Source: a virus (Duplodnaviria; Caudoviricetes). From it: DNA of 64,000 nucleotides. Every line of letters starts with the position of its first letter. Positions within the stretch are counted from its first letter, which is position 1. Below, piece by piece: positions 53,101 to 58,530 of the stretch. The stretch lies in IMG/VR virus record IMGVR_UViG_3300021962_000022; one strand, written 5' to 3'. Made by a program: the position numbers and the translations under genes. The notes beneath the pieces are model-generated. The model was not told the origin of the DNA, searched no databases, and saw only the letters and a list, made by a program, of their open reading frames with translations.

Positions 53101-54195
53101 TGAACTTGTTATCGATGGTGTTAATGATGGGGTTACTGAACTTGTTGGTGTTACAGAGCTTGTAACTGACGGTGTAACACTTGAAGTAATTGATGGTGTA
53201 ACACTCGGAGTTACGGAACTTGTTGGAGTTACAGATGGTGTGACTGATGGTGTGATAGATGGTGTAACCGAACTAGTAGGTGTAACTGATGGAGTTACTG
53301 AAGCGGTTATAGATGGAGTCACTGAACTCGTAACAGATGGTGTAACGGAACTTGTTGGGGTTATAGATGGTGTTAAAGACGGAGTAACCGATGGTGTAAC
53401 TGATGGAGTTACTGAACTTGTTGGTGTAACAGAACTAGTAACAGATGGTGTTACTGAAGAAGTTGGTGTAACAGATGTGGTAACCGATGGTGTTACTGAA
53501 GGTGTAACCGACGAAGTTGGTGTTACAGACGGAGTCTCACTTGGAGTTAACGACGGTGTTAAACTTGGTGTTACTGAAGAAGTTGGTGTAACAGATGTGG
53601 TAACCGATGGTGTGATAGAAGGAGTAACTGATGGTGTAACACTTGGAGTAACTGAACTTGTTGGTGTTACACTTGGAGTCTCTGAAGGTGTAATAGATGG
53701 AGTTACAGAGCTAGTGGGTGTGATTGATGGTGTAATCGAGCTAGTTGGAGTTACAGAAGGTGTAACTGATGGTGTAACATCTGGTGTTCTTGTTGGTGTA
53801 ACCGATGGGGTTGGGGTAATTGAACTCGTTGGAGTAACTGATGGAGTCACTGATGGAGTTGAAGTTACTGATGGGGTTGTTGTGACAGTTGGTGTTACTG
53901 AAGGTGTGGTTGTGACAGTTGGTGTAACAGGAGGTGTACTTTGTGGTGTTGGCGTTAAACTTGGTGTAACAGAAGGTGTAATTGAAGGTGTTGGGGATGG
54001 ACAATTAATTGCCGCGTAACATGTTTTGTCATGCGATGGAAAATAAACTGAATAGGTTCCTAAGTAATAAGTTGTGTCGTAATAATACGGCATCACAACA
54101 GTACCTAAATTAATGGTACCGCCAGTACAGGGATAAAATGTGATAACACCAATTTCACCATCAAAATTACCTGTGTTTATCTTTATTAATGCCAT
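38200..54195 (-). CDS. Giant 5331-aa mucin-like Thr-Pro-Ser-Val repeat protein
   Basis: Uninterrupted 16-kb ORF with non-repetitive N- and C-terminal domains, internal Cys modules, and a consensus promoter upstream. Confidence 0.85.
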   Translation of the reverse strand: MALIKINTGNFDGEIGVITFYPCTGGTINLGTVVMPYYYDTTYYLGTYSVYFPSHDKTCYAAINCPSPTPSITPSVTPSLTPTPQSTPPVTPTVTTTPSVTPTVTTTPSVTSTPSVTPSVTPTSSITPTPSVTPTRTPDVTPSVTPSVTPTSSITPSITPTSSVTPSITPSETPSVTPTSSVTPSVTPSVTPSITPSVTTSVTPTSSVTPSLTPSLTPSETPSVTPTSSVTPSVTPSVTTSVTPTSSVTPSVTSSVTPTSSVTPSVTPSVTPSLTPSITPTSSVTPSVTSSVTPSITASVTPSVTPTSSVTPSITPSVTPSVTPTSSVTPSVTPSITSSVTPSVTSSVTPTSSVTPSLTPSITSSVTPSVTPTSSVTPSVTPSVTSSVTPSVTSSVTPSVTPSITPSVTPTSSVTPSVTPSVTSSVTPSVTPSVTSSVTPSLTPSVTPSVTSSVTPSVTPSVTPTSSVTPSVTSSLTPSVTPSVTPSVTSSVTPSVTPSVTPTSSVTPSITPSITPSVTPTSSVTPSITPSVTPSVTPSVTPSVTSSVTPSLTPSVTPTSSITPSVTPSVTSSVTPSVTSSVTPSVTSSVTPSVTSSVTPTSSVTPSVTPSRTPSLTPSVTSSVTPSVTSSVTPSITSSVTPTSSVTPSVTPSVTPSVTSSVTPSLTPSVTPSITPSVTSSVTPTSSVTPSVTSSVTPSVSSSVTPSLTPSRTPSVTPSITPSVTPTSSVTPSLTPSVTSSVTPSVTSSVTPSITPSVTSSVTPSETPSVTPTSSVTPSATPSITPSETPSVTPSVTSSVTPSITPSVTSSVTPSITPSITPSETPSVTPTSSVTPSVTSSVTPSVTPTSSVTPSITPSATPSVTPSSSVTPSVTSSVTPSVTPSVTSSVTPSITPSITPSETPSITPTSSVTPSVTSSVTPSITPTSSVTPSITPSITPSETPSVTPTSSVTPSVTPSITPSETPSVTPTSSVTPSITPSITPSETPSVTPTSSVTPSVTASVTPSETPSVTPTSSVTPSVTSSVTPSVTPSVTPTSSVTPSITPSVTSSVTPTSSVTPSITPSETPSVTPTSSVTPSVTASVTPSITPSVTSSVTPSITPSETPSVTPTSSVTPSVTASVTPSITPSVTPTSSVTPSVTPSITPSETPSVTPTSSVTPSITPSETPSVTPTSSVTPSVTPSVTSSVTPSITPSVTASVTPSVTPSVTASVTPSVTSSVTPSITPSETPSVTPTSSVTPSVTASVTPSITPSVTASVTPSITPSITPSETPSVTPTSSVTPSITPSVTASVTPSVTSSVTPSVTASVTPSVTPTSSVTPSVTASVTPSITPSITPSVTSSVTPSITPSITLTSSVTPSITPSETPSVTPTSSVTPSITPSETPSVTPSETPSVTPSVTSSVTPSVTPSVTSSVTPTSSVTPSVTTSRTPSVTPTSSVTPSVTPSVTPSVTPSVTSSVTPSVTSSVTPSVTPTSSVTPSVTPSITPSLTPSRTPSVTPTSSVTPSVTPSVTSSVTPSITPTSSVTPSVTSSVTPSITSSVTPSVTPSVTPSVTPTSSVTPSVTPSLTPSVTPTPAPSCDIDYTMLPSPTPTSTPTPSVTPSLTPSVTASLTPSVTPSLTPSVSSSVTPSVTPSVTNSVTPSITPSVTPSLTPSVTPTSSVTPSLTPSVTSSVTPSVTSSITPSVTSSITPSVTPTSSVTPSITPSRTPSVTPSSSVTPSVTSSVTPSVTPSVTSSVTPSITASVTPSVTPTSSVTPSVTSSVTPSITPSVTPSVTSSVTPSLTPSVTSSVTPTSSVTPSVTSSVTPSVTSSVTPTSSVTPSVTPSVTPSVTATSSVTPSVTPSVTPSVTPTSSVTPSVTPSRTPSVTPSVTSSVTPSVTPSITPSVTASVTPTSSVTPSVTASLTPSVTPTSSVTPSVTSSVTPSVTPSVTPSVTPSVTSSVTPSVTPTSSVTPSVTSSVTPSVTPSSSVTPSVTSSVTPSVTPSVTSSVTPSVTPTSSVTPSVTSSVTPSVTSSVTPTSSVTPSVTPSVTSSVTPTSSVTPSITPSVTPSVTPTSSVTPSVTSSVTPSVTSSVTPSVTPSITPSVTSSVTPTSSVTPSVTSSVTPSVTPSVTPSVTSSVTPSVTPSVTPTSSVTPSLTPSTTPSVTPTSSVTPSVTSSVTPSVTPSVTPSVTSSVTPSVTSSVTPTSSVTPSVTPSITPSLTPSVTSSVTPSVTSSVTPSVTPSVTPTSSVTPSVTSSVTPSVTPSVTPTSSVTPSVTSSVTPSVTPSVTSSVTPSVTPSVTPSVTPTSSVTPSVTPSVTPSVTPTSSVTPSVTPSITPSVTSSVTPSVTSSVTPSVTSSVTPTSSVTPSVTPSVTPSVTPTSSVTPSVTSSVTPTSSVTPSVTPSVTPTSSVTPSVTPSVTPTSSVTPSVTPSVTPTSSVTPSVTPSVTPTSSVTPSVTPSVTPTSSVTPSVTSSVTPSVTPSVTSSITPSITPSRTPSVTPTSSVTPSVTSSVTPSVTPSVTPSVTSSVTPSVTSSVTPTSSVTPSVTPSVTSSVTPSVTPSVTSSVTPSLTPSVTPTSSVTPSVTPSRTPSVTPTSSVTPSVTPSVTSSVTPSVTSSITPSVTPSVTSSVTPTSSVTPSVTSSVTPSLTPSVTPSVTSSVTPSVTPSVTPTSSVTPSVTSSVTPSVTPSVTSSVTPSVTPSVTPSVTPTSSVTPSVTPSVTPSVTPSVTPSVTSSVTPSVTPSVTPTSSVTPSVTSSVTPSLTPSVTPSVTSSVTPSVTSSVTPTSSVTPSVTPSRTPSVTPSVTSSITPSVTPSITPSVTPTSSVTPSVTSSVTPSITPSVTSSVTPSVTPSVTSSVTPTSSVTPSVTSSVTPSITPSVTSSVTPSITPSVTPSVTPTSSVTPSVTSSVTPSITPTSSVTPSVTASVTPSVTPSVTSSVTPSVTPSVTPTSSVTPSVTPSVTPSVTPTSSVTPSVTPSVTPSVTSSVTPSVTPSVTASVTPTSSVTPSVTSSVTPSVTPSVTPSVTSSVTPSVTPSVTPTSSVTPSITPSITPSVTSSVTPSVTSSVTPSVTPSVTPTSSVTPSVTPSVTPSVTPSVTPSVTSSVTPSVTPSVTPTSSVTPSITPSRTPSVTSSVTPSVTSSVTPSVTASVTPTSSVTPSITPSVTPSVTPTSSVTPSVTSSVTPSVTSSVTPSVTASVTPSVTPSVTPTSSVTPSVTSSVTPSVTPTSSVTPSVTPSRTPSVTPSVTSSVTPSVTSSVTPSVTPTSSVTPSVTSSVTPSVTSSVTPSVTSSVTPSVTPSVTPTSSVTPSATPSITPSVTSSVTPSVTSSITPSVTPSVTPTSSVTPSLTPSVTPSVTPTSSITPSVTSSVTPSVTSSVTPTSSVTPSVTPSRTPSVTPSVTPSVTSSVTPSVTPSVTPTSSVTPSVTSSVTPSVTATSSVTPSVTPSVTPSVTSSVTPSVTSSVTPSVTPTSSVTPSVTSSVTPSVTPTSSVTPSITPSRTPSVTPSVTSSVTPSVTSSVTPSITPTSSVTPSITPSVTPSVTPTSSVTPSVTPSVTPSVTSSVTPSVTSSVTPSVTPSVTPTSSVTPSVTPSVTPSVTPTSSVTPSVTPSVTSSVTPSVTSSVTPSVTSSVTPSVTPSVTSSVTPSVTSSVTPSITPTSSVTPSVTPSVTPSVTATSSVTPSVTPSVTSSVTPTSSVTPSITPSRTPSVTPSVTSSVTPSLTPSVTPSVTATSSVTPSITPSTTPSVTPTSSVTPSITPSVTPSVTSSVTPSVTSSVTPSVTPSVTPTSSVTPSLTPSVTPSVTATSSVTPSVTPSLTPSVTPTSSVTPSITPSVTPSVTSSVTPSVTSSITPSVTSSVTPTSSVTPSVTPSRTPSVTPSSSVTPSVTPSITPSLTPSVTPSVTSSVTPSVTPSVTPTSSVTPSVTPSVTPSVTPTSSVTPSVTSSVTPSVTSTSSVTPSLTPSVTPSVTSTSSVTPSLTPSVTPSVTPTSSVTPSITPSVTSSVTPTSSVTPSVTPSVTPSVTSSVTPSITSSVTPSVTPSVTPTSSVTPSVTPSRTPSVTATSSVTPSVTPSVTPSVTATSSVTPSVTSSVTPSVTPSSSVTPSVTPSVTSSVTPSVTPSVTPSVTSSVTPSVTPSVTPSSSVTPSLTPSTTPSVTPSSSVTPSLTPSVTSSVTPTSSVTPSLTPSTTPSVTPSSSVTPSVTPSVTPSVTPTSSVTPSVTSSRTPSVTPSSSVTPSVTSSITPSTTPSVTPSSSVTPSVTASITPSTTPSVTATSSVTPSVTPSRTPSVTPTSSVTPSVTPSVTPSITPTSSVTPSVTPSLTPSVTPSSSVTPSITPSTTPSITPSSSVTPSITSSVTPSVTPSSSVTPSITPSRTPSVTPTSSVTPSVTPSVTPSVTATSSVTPSVTPSLTPSVTPSSSVTPSITPSTTPSVTPTSSVTPSVTPSVTPSVTATSSVTPSITPSTTPSVTPTSSVTPSRTPEPTSSVTPSVTPSRTASVTPSLTPSVTPTSSVTPSVTSSVTPSVTPTSSVTPSVTSSVTPSVTPSVTPSVTSSVTPSVTSSVTPTSSVTPSVTPSVTPSVTPTSSVTPSVTPTPSRTPDPTRSVTPSVTPTSSITPSVTSSVTPTSSVTPSVTPTVTPTSSVTPSVTPSVTPSSSVTPSVTPTVTPSTVIVSVQTQSCCDNNIYNINMTQGDFNYITGNPGIYPFGGTCYQSFVLIANGAYPFYTLASSKFADCASCNAVFTCPTPSPTPTSSVTATPSRTPSLTPSRTPSVTPSITPSLTPTSSVTASITPSTTPSVTPSSSVTPSITPSTTPSVTPSSSVTPSITPSTTPSVTATSSVTPSITPSRTPSVTPSSSVTPSITPSTTPSVTPSSSVTPDPTRSVTPSVTPTSSVTPSVTPTPSRTPDPTRSVTPSVTPTSSVTPSVTPSVTPSSSVTPSITPSLTPTSSVTPSPSPQYIGAVFTSCCAGDTTIYQGRVPIGTAIGTVFYIQSAQLCARFDDFGPNTGPIYTSSYGSCEECILETFQNCPSVTPSRTASVTPSITPSVTPSRTPSVTPTPSVTPSLTPSRTASVTPSRTAGASPPPTPSVTPSRTASVTPSVTPSVTPSVTPSVTPTSSVTPSRTASVTPSLTPSVTPSRTPTPSVTPSLTPSVTPSVTPSSSPAAAGVSPTPTPTPSSTPPCDCREWLVTQLNNWNFVSYTDCQGNAQTLSDPAYWEANGGNHELVLCACGAPNVGGFPWTGSVSVIGACDCKCTEINITDRDITDYGQVYMYYQCCDGQFFQRLYTTATTESRCISRVMYLAVFDRGVWYTIPNLGGTSGFSYGVTCCGGAHGCGCEEVC
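38690..54000 (-). repeat. Degenerate 12/18-nt coding tandem repeat (TPSV/TSSV/TPSI/TPTSSV)
   Basis: Plus strand reads as variants of gatggtgtaac(a/t/c/g); wobble positions vary; interrupted at ~49440-49480, ~40000-40225 and ~39140-39350. Confidence 0.95.
46853..47062. repeat. Five near-perfect 42-nt tandem copies inside the giant gene
   Basis: gaagtaggtgtcactgatggtgtaaccgatggtgtaac(tgat/actc) at 46853, 46895, 46937, 46979, 47021. Confidence 0.9.
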
Positions 54196-54235
54196 TTAAA
54201 TCTACAGTCTTATCTATATCTATTTTTATTATAAA

Positions 54236-54264
54236 AATATACTCAATTTTTAGGGGTTTGTCAA
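54236..54264 (-). promoter_or_regulatory. Consensus sigma70 promoter of the giant repeat gene
   Basis: Minus strand TTGACA (54264-54259), 17-nt spacer, TATATT (54241-54236). Confidence 0.7.
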
Positions 54265-54288
54265 CGTCTATTTTTATTGTTTTTATCA

Positions 54289-57200
54289 TTAGCAATCAAA
54301 AATGGAACTACTTAATTCTACATTGGTTGGTTCTGTAGAACAATAATTGGCGTCGATATAATATTGACCGAGATTAAATCCGATGTTTGGATGTTTATTG
54401 TATTTGTGTTTCATTAGGATTTGTTCGTCCGTATTTCCGTTGAAAACGACAACAAATTCATCTGTTAGTGGTGTGTTGTTTAATTCGAAATTTAAATTAA
54501 AGTACAATCCTGATTCACAGTAATTTAAATCTACATCAATAACTTCTATTATGTCACCATATTGGTTTATTAAATAATCTCCATGATTATATAATTCTTT
54601 AGGGTGGTCACAACAAGGTTCTATAAAATCCGTTGGTTTCTTTTGTAATTCTTCAGGGAAACGGTCATCAAAGAAATAGGTACTATTTGTTGGTGTACCA
54701 AAATCTTCAACTATTCTGTTTGTATAGACTCTTAATTGTGTTGTCGGTAAAACTTCAAAAACTTCATAAGTGTTATTTAAAGTCAATCCGGTAATAATAC
54801 TTTTTTTAACTGAAGCCAAACATTCGATATCGGTAATTTCAAGTTTTTGGTAATTAAATGTGAAAGAGTAACCCGAAACAGGTCCGTTTACAATCTGTTG
54901 GTTTGTGTATCCTGAACATGGTTTATATGATGCAGATAAAACGAATTCACCAACATTTAAATCACACACATTTTTCTCTACAATAGAACCATTACCTATG
55001 TATGTTTGAACATTCGCTTCTGTGGTTTGATTATTAATGGTTAATCCACTATTAACCGCTAAAACTATGGAATCACATTTTAAACCGTAATTGAAAATTG
55101 ATTTATATTCAACTTTAGGTTGTATTGTGTAACCCGTGTAGTTATCACAATATGTTGCGCCTGAAATAACAGAAATCGGGTTTGATATTGACCCTTGATA
55201 ACCAACAATATTGAATAATTCTACGTGACTTTTACCATTAGGTGTTGGACATGGGTCGTGTTCTATCTTTCCTTGTAGTCCATCAATTTTAAAGTTAACT
55301 TCCTTATTTGCTGCGTCAACAATATTAAAATTAATTACGTCATTTTCAGATACACCTGTTAGTTTGTACACACAATCACTAACTTTTTCAATGTGTACGT
55401 CCGCATTCTCATTTGTTCCACTTACACAGTTAGCGTAAATGTGGAATGGCCATGTAGAACCTTGTTGTACACCTGTTTTATATCCAATAACCTCGAAAAA
55501 TACGTCACTTACTAATGTACATCCACTAGGTGTGTCACAAAAAGCTTCATTATCGGTGTAAACTTTAACACTGATACCGTTTGTGTTTTTAGTTACGTTA
55601 TAATCGGCTTCAAATCGATAATCAAAATAATCAGTAACGGAACATTCATTTGGACCTAATTTTACAGATGAAAATTTAACCTTTTCAACGTCATTTTCGT
55701 CAATAAATGTTTGGTATTTTATTAAAGGTATTGTCTCAGAAAAATAAGTTTGTCCTGTGGTTCCCGTAAACGCAGAATATGGTACATAACCAGCACTATT
55801 TCTTGTTATAGTGATGTCTGATATTAATTCAGATAATGCGTTTAACCATAAACTTTTGATTTGAGTAACATTAGGTTCAAGATAGGTTTTGTAATCACAA
55901 ATTAGAGATAAATTAACTGTGTCTCCACTTGTTACACCACTTGTACAACCTGTAAATGGTTGTGGGTCGAATAATTTAGCACTGTTAGAGGTGTTACTTG
56001 TTCCACTTAAGATTACATACATTGAAGATGTTAATCCAGTGTAGTCTGCACCGCCGTAAATTGTCCCATCTATTTCAATAATAGGGTAGTAGGTTACTCC
56101 AGTTAAGTTTATTAGCCCTCTAAAATTATTTTCTTCACCTAAAATATTTTCTAAATCCTCTTCAATAATAGTTTCAAAGTCAGGATAAAGTTCTTCAATA
56201 AATTCTAATGGTTGACAATCGTATCTATATTGATATTTTGGTCTACCGAATATATTATTTTCAATTAAATTACCACCTGTCCATAAAGTCGTTGATGGTA
56301 CTAATTGTTCAACTAATTGTGGCCAATAAGGTGATAATTTGTTTACAAATTCAATAACATTTATTTGATTATAAGGGGTAAAACCTGTGGTTTGTGAGAT
56401 ATAATCTTGAAAAACATCTTCTAATTGTATGTAATTCTTTTTGTATCGAATTTTATTTGAATTTGTTACAAGACCATGGATAAATGTGTCTAAAAATTCC
56501 GCAAATGTTTTACCTGTTTGTGGTAATAAAGTATTTGAACCGAAACTTATTAATAATTCCCTACTTTGTCTATAGATATCGTAGTCAATACCTCTTGCTG
56601 GTGATATGTATATACCAATATTTTTTCTATTTAAGATTAATAGATAATCATCCTCAATCGGTTTACCGTTACCATTATCAATATCGGGAACTAACTCATA
56701 TCCTGTATCTAATCCAGGTAGTGTTCGGTACAGATTAAAATAATCTTCACCATATGTGTAACCCTTGTTTTTTGTTTTAATTGATTTTGTTGTTCCCGTT
56801 AATGTTGAATTTTCAGAATCCAAAACAAGGGGAGAACGATGTGATAAAGTGATATCGTACCAACCAGAACCTTTTTCAAAAAATATTCCTTCGGTTGCAT
56901 TAAACGCTCTTCTTGGTAAACCTGTTAATTCATCAACAGGGTAACCATCTCTATCAAAAGTTGTTGACGCGGAGTATGTAACATTGGTATATGTGTAACC
57001 TGTTGTATCAAAAGTTGCGTATGAATACGTTTTGTTACCTTGAATCGCGTCATATATGTCTTGTTGTAAATCAAAACTAGCAGGGATTGATGTTACTTTA
57101 TAAACGTATTCATCAATTCTAATTAAAGGTTCGGGCGCTCCTAAGAATTTTAAAAAGAAATCAATAGAAGACCTAGTACCTTTTGATTTATAAATGTGAG

Positions 57201-58530
57201 CTAAGTTTATTAATAATCTTCTATAAAATTCATATTCGGCTTCAACTAAATTTGTACCTGTAGATACTCCGTTGTAATTTGAATCTAATCTTGAATATAG
57301 AACATCATTCAAACTATTTTCGTCAAATAAATTTAGTGTTGATAATCCTAAATTCTCTGCTAAATTCTTTAAAAGTACATCTGGTAAATTATTGATGCCG
57401 TCATAACTAACATTTCTCATGTAAGCTATGTTGTCAATATATTTTTTTACACTATCAAAACTTTGTCCATATAATTGGAAAACACTTTCGGCTCTTTTGT
57501 CCTCGGTGTCAAATTCAAATAACTGAGGTGCTGCCAAAAATCTAACCATTAAATTAGATTTATAACCATCTATTTCATCCGCAATATCTTTTAAGTGGTT
57601 CACATAGATGTCATAATCAAATCCTGTGATTTGTATATTATAACCATCACTTGAAATCGGCCACGTTAAAACAACATCAACCAAGGACGTTTTTGTATTG
57701 TCTTGGGTGTCTCTTGGAACTTTAAATGTTGAGGTGTAAATTGGATTTGTATCTCTATTTAAAAGAGATTCCTCTAAATCATCTAAACCTTGGAAGAATT
57801 CTTCCACTAAACCGTCATTGGGTCTTATTAAAAGATTACTTGAATAAGTTGAACCCGTGAACGGTTTACCATATACCCTTAATAAAATTTTATTATCCGT
57901 GTTTGGTTCGGTGTATTCTAAAATAGGGTATGGTGTGTTGTCTGTAACAACAACATATTTTGTGTAAGAAGAGTAAAAATTTCTTAATTCATTTTCGGTC
58001 TCTGGTTTAATTACCGAATTCGGTTCAACAAAAACTAATTCAAATGGATTAAAGATTTTACTTCTCTCAATATAAAAAGTTGTGGTATTGGTACTATCGT
58101 TATATGTAATTCCACTCGCACTAAAATTCGATACACCTATTGGACTATCTGCCAATATGGAAATAGCACCGGGGAATTTATTAATAATTTTAGTTAATGA
58201 AACTAAGATTCTACTTCTTAAAGAACCAAATAATGATTTATCAGCATATTTTTTATTTCCCTTAAATCTTACCTCATCCGTTCTTTTTTTTCTTGGAGTT
58301 GGGGATGTTGTTTGTATGCCCTCAACCTCTTTTAAAGTATCTAAAGTTAAAAATTGAGAAAATGGATTAGATGTAAAATTCTTAGAATCTTTGTCAGGAA
58401 TAGACTTGTCGAGCGCAAATACGGTGTTGGTTAGAGCGGACGACCCATCGGTTATCTGTCTACCAACTAAGAAATCACTAAATGTTTCCGCCCCGCTTGA
58501 CGCTTGACTTGGTACTTTCCTTTTTGCCAT
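54289..58530 (-). CDS. Large baseplate/tail structural protein
   Basis: LPDVLLKNLAENLG and KSKGTRSSIDFFLKFLG motifs resemble baseplate wedge/P2-I-type segments; structural context. Confidence 0.6.
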   Translation of the reverse strand: MAKRKVPSQASSGAETFSDFLVGRQITDGSSALTNTVFALDKSIPDKDSKNFTSNPFSQFLTLDTLKEVEGIQTTSPTPRKKRTDEVRFKGNKKYADKSLFGSLRSRILVSLTKIINKFPGAISILADSPIGVSNFSASGITYNDSTNTTTFYIERSKIFNPFELVFVEPNSVIKPETENELRNFYSSYTKYVVVTDNTPYPILEYTEPNTDNKILLRVYGKPFTGSTYSSNLLIRPNDGLVEEFFQGLDDLEESLLNRDTNPIYTSTFKVPRDTQDNTKTSLVDVVLTWPISSDGYNIQITGFDYDIYVNHLKDIADEIDGYKSNLMVRFLAAPQLFEFDTEDKRAESVFQLYGQSFDSVKKYIDNIAYMRNVSYDGINNLPDVLLKNLAENLGLSTLNLFDENSLNDVLYSRLDSNYNGVSTGTNLVEAEYEFYRRLLINLAHIYKSKGTRSSIDFFLKFLGAPEPLIRIDEYVYKVTSIPASFDLQQDIYDAIQGNKTYSYATFDTTGYTYTNVTYSASTTFDRDGYPVDELTGLPRRAFNATEGIFFEKGSGWYDITLSHRSPLVLDSENSTLTGTTKSIKTKNKGYTYGEDYFNLYRTLPGLDTGYELVPDIDNGNGKPIEDDYLLILNRKNIGIYISPARGIDYDIYRQSRELLISFGSNTLLPQTGKTFAEFLDTFIHGLVTNSNKIRYKKNYIQLEDVFQDYISQTTGFTPYNQINVIEFVNKLSPYWPQLVEQLVPSTTLWTGGNLIENNIFGRPKYQYRYDCQPLEFIEELYPDFETIIEEDLENILGEENNFRGLINLTGVTYYPIIEIDGTIYGGADYTGLTSSMYVILSGTSNTSNSAKLFDPQPFTGCTSGVTSGDTVNLSLICDYKTYLEPNVTQIKSLWLNALSELISDITITRNSAGYVPYSAFTGTTGQTYFSETIPLIKYQTFIDENDVEKVKFSSVKLGPNECSVTDYFDYRFEADYNVTKNTNGISVKVYTDNEAFCDTPSGCTLVSDVFFEVIGYKTGVQQGSTWPFHIYANCVSGTNENADVHIEKVSDCVYKLTGVSENDVINFNIVDAANKEVNFKIDGLQGKIEHDPCPTPNGKSHVELFNIVGYQGSISNPISVISGATYCDNYTGYTIQPKVEYKSIFNYGLKCDSIVLAVNSGLTINNQTTEANVQTYIGNGSIVEKNVCDLNVGEFVLSASYKPCSGYTNQQIVNGPVSGYSFTFNYQKLEITDIECLASVKKSIITGLTLNNTYEVFEVLPTTQLRVYTNRIVEDFGTPTNSTYFFDDRFPEELQKKPTDFIEPCCDHPKELYNHGDYLINQYGDIIEVIDVDLNYCESGLYFNLNFELNNTPLTDEFVVVFNGNTDEQILMKHKYNKHPNIGFNLGQYYIDANYCSTEPTNVELSSSIFDC

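Noticed and set aside
38690-54000. Possible CRISPR array or non-coding satellite
   Set aside because: No constant repeat with unique spacers; variation is concentrated at third codon positions of one open frame
40181-54019. Very long plus-strand ORFs (3090 aa and 1520 aa, GVTDGVTE repeats)
   Set aside because: Antisense shadows. In this frame a stop needs a sense codon starting TA or CA (Tyr, His, Gln), which the repeat lacks. The break at 49451-49453 falls exactly on the single Tyr of the DIDY interruption.
38200-54195. Ice-nucleation or antifreeze protein, suggested by the Thr periodicity
   Set aside because: Lacks the Gly/Ala-rich 16-mer (AGYGSTxTA) of INPs and the Cys-spaced TxT coils; high Pro content is incompatible with a beta-solenoid
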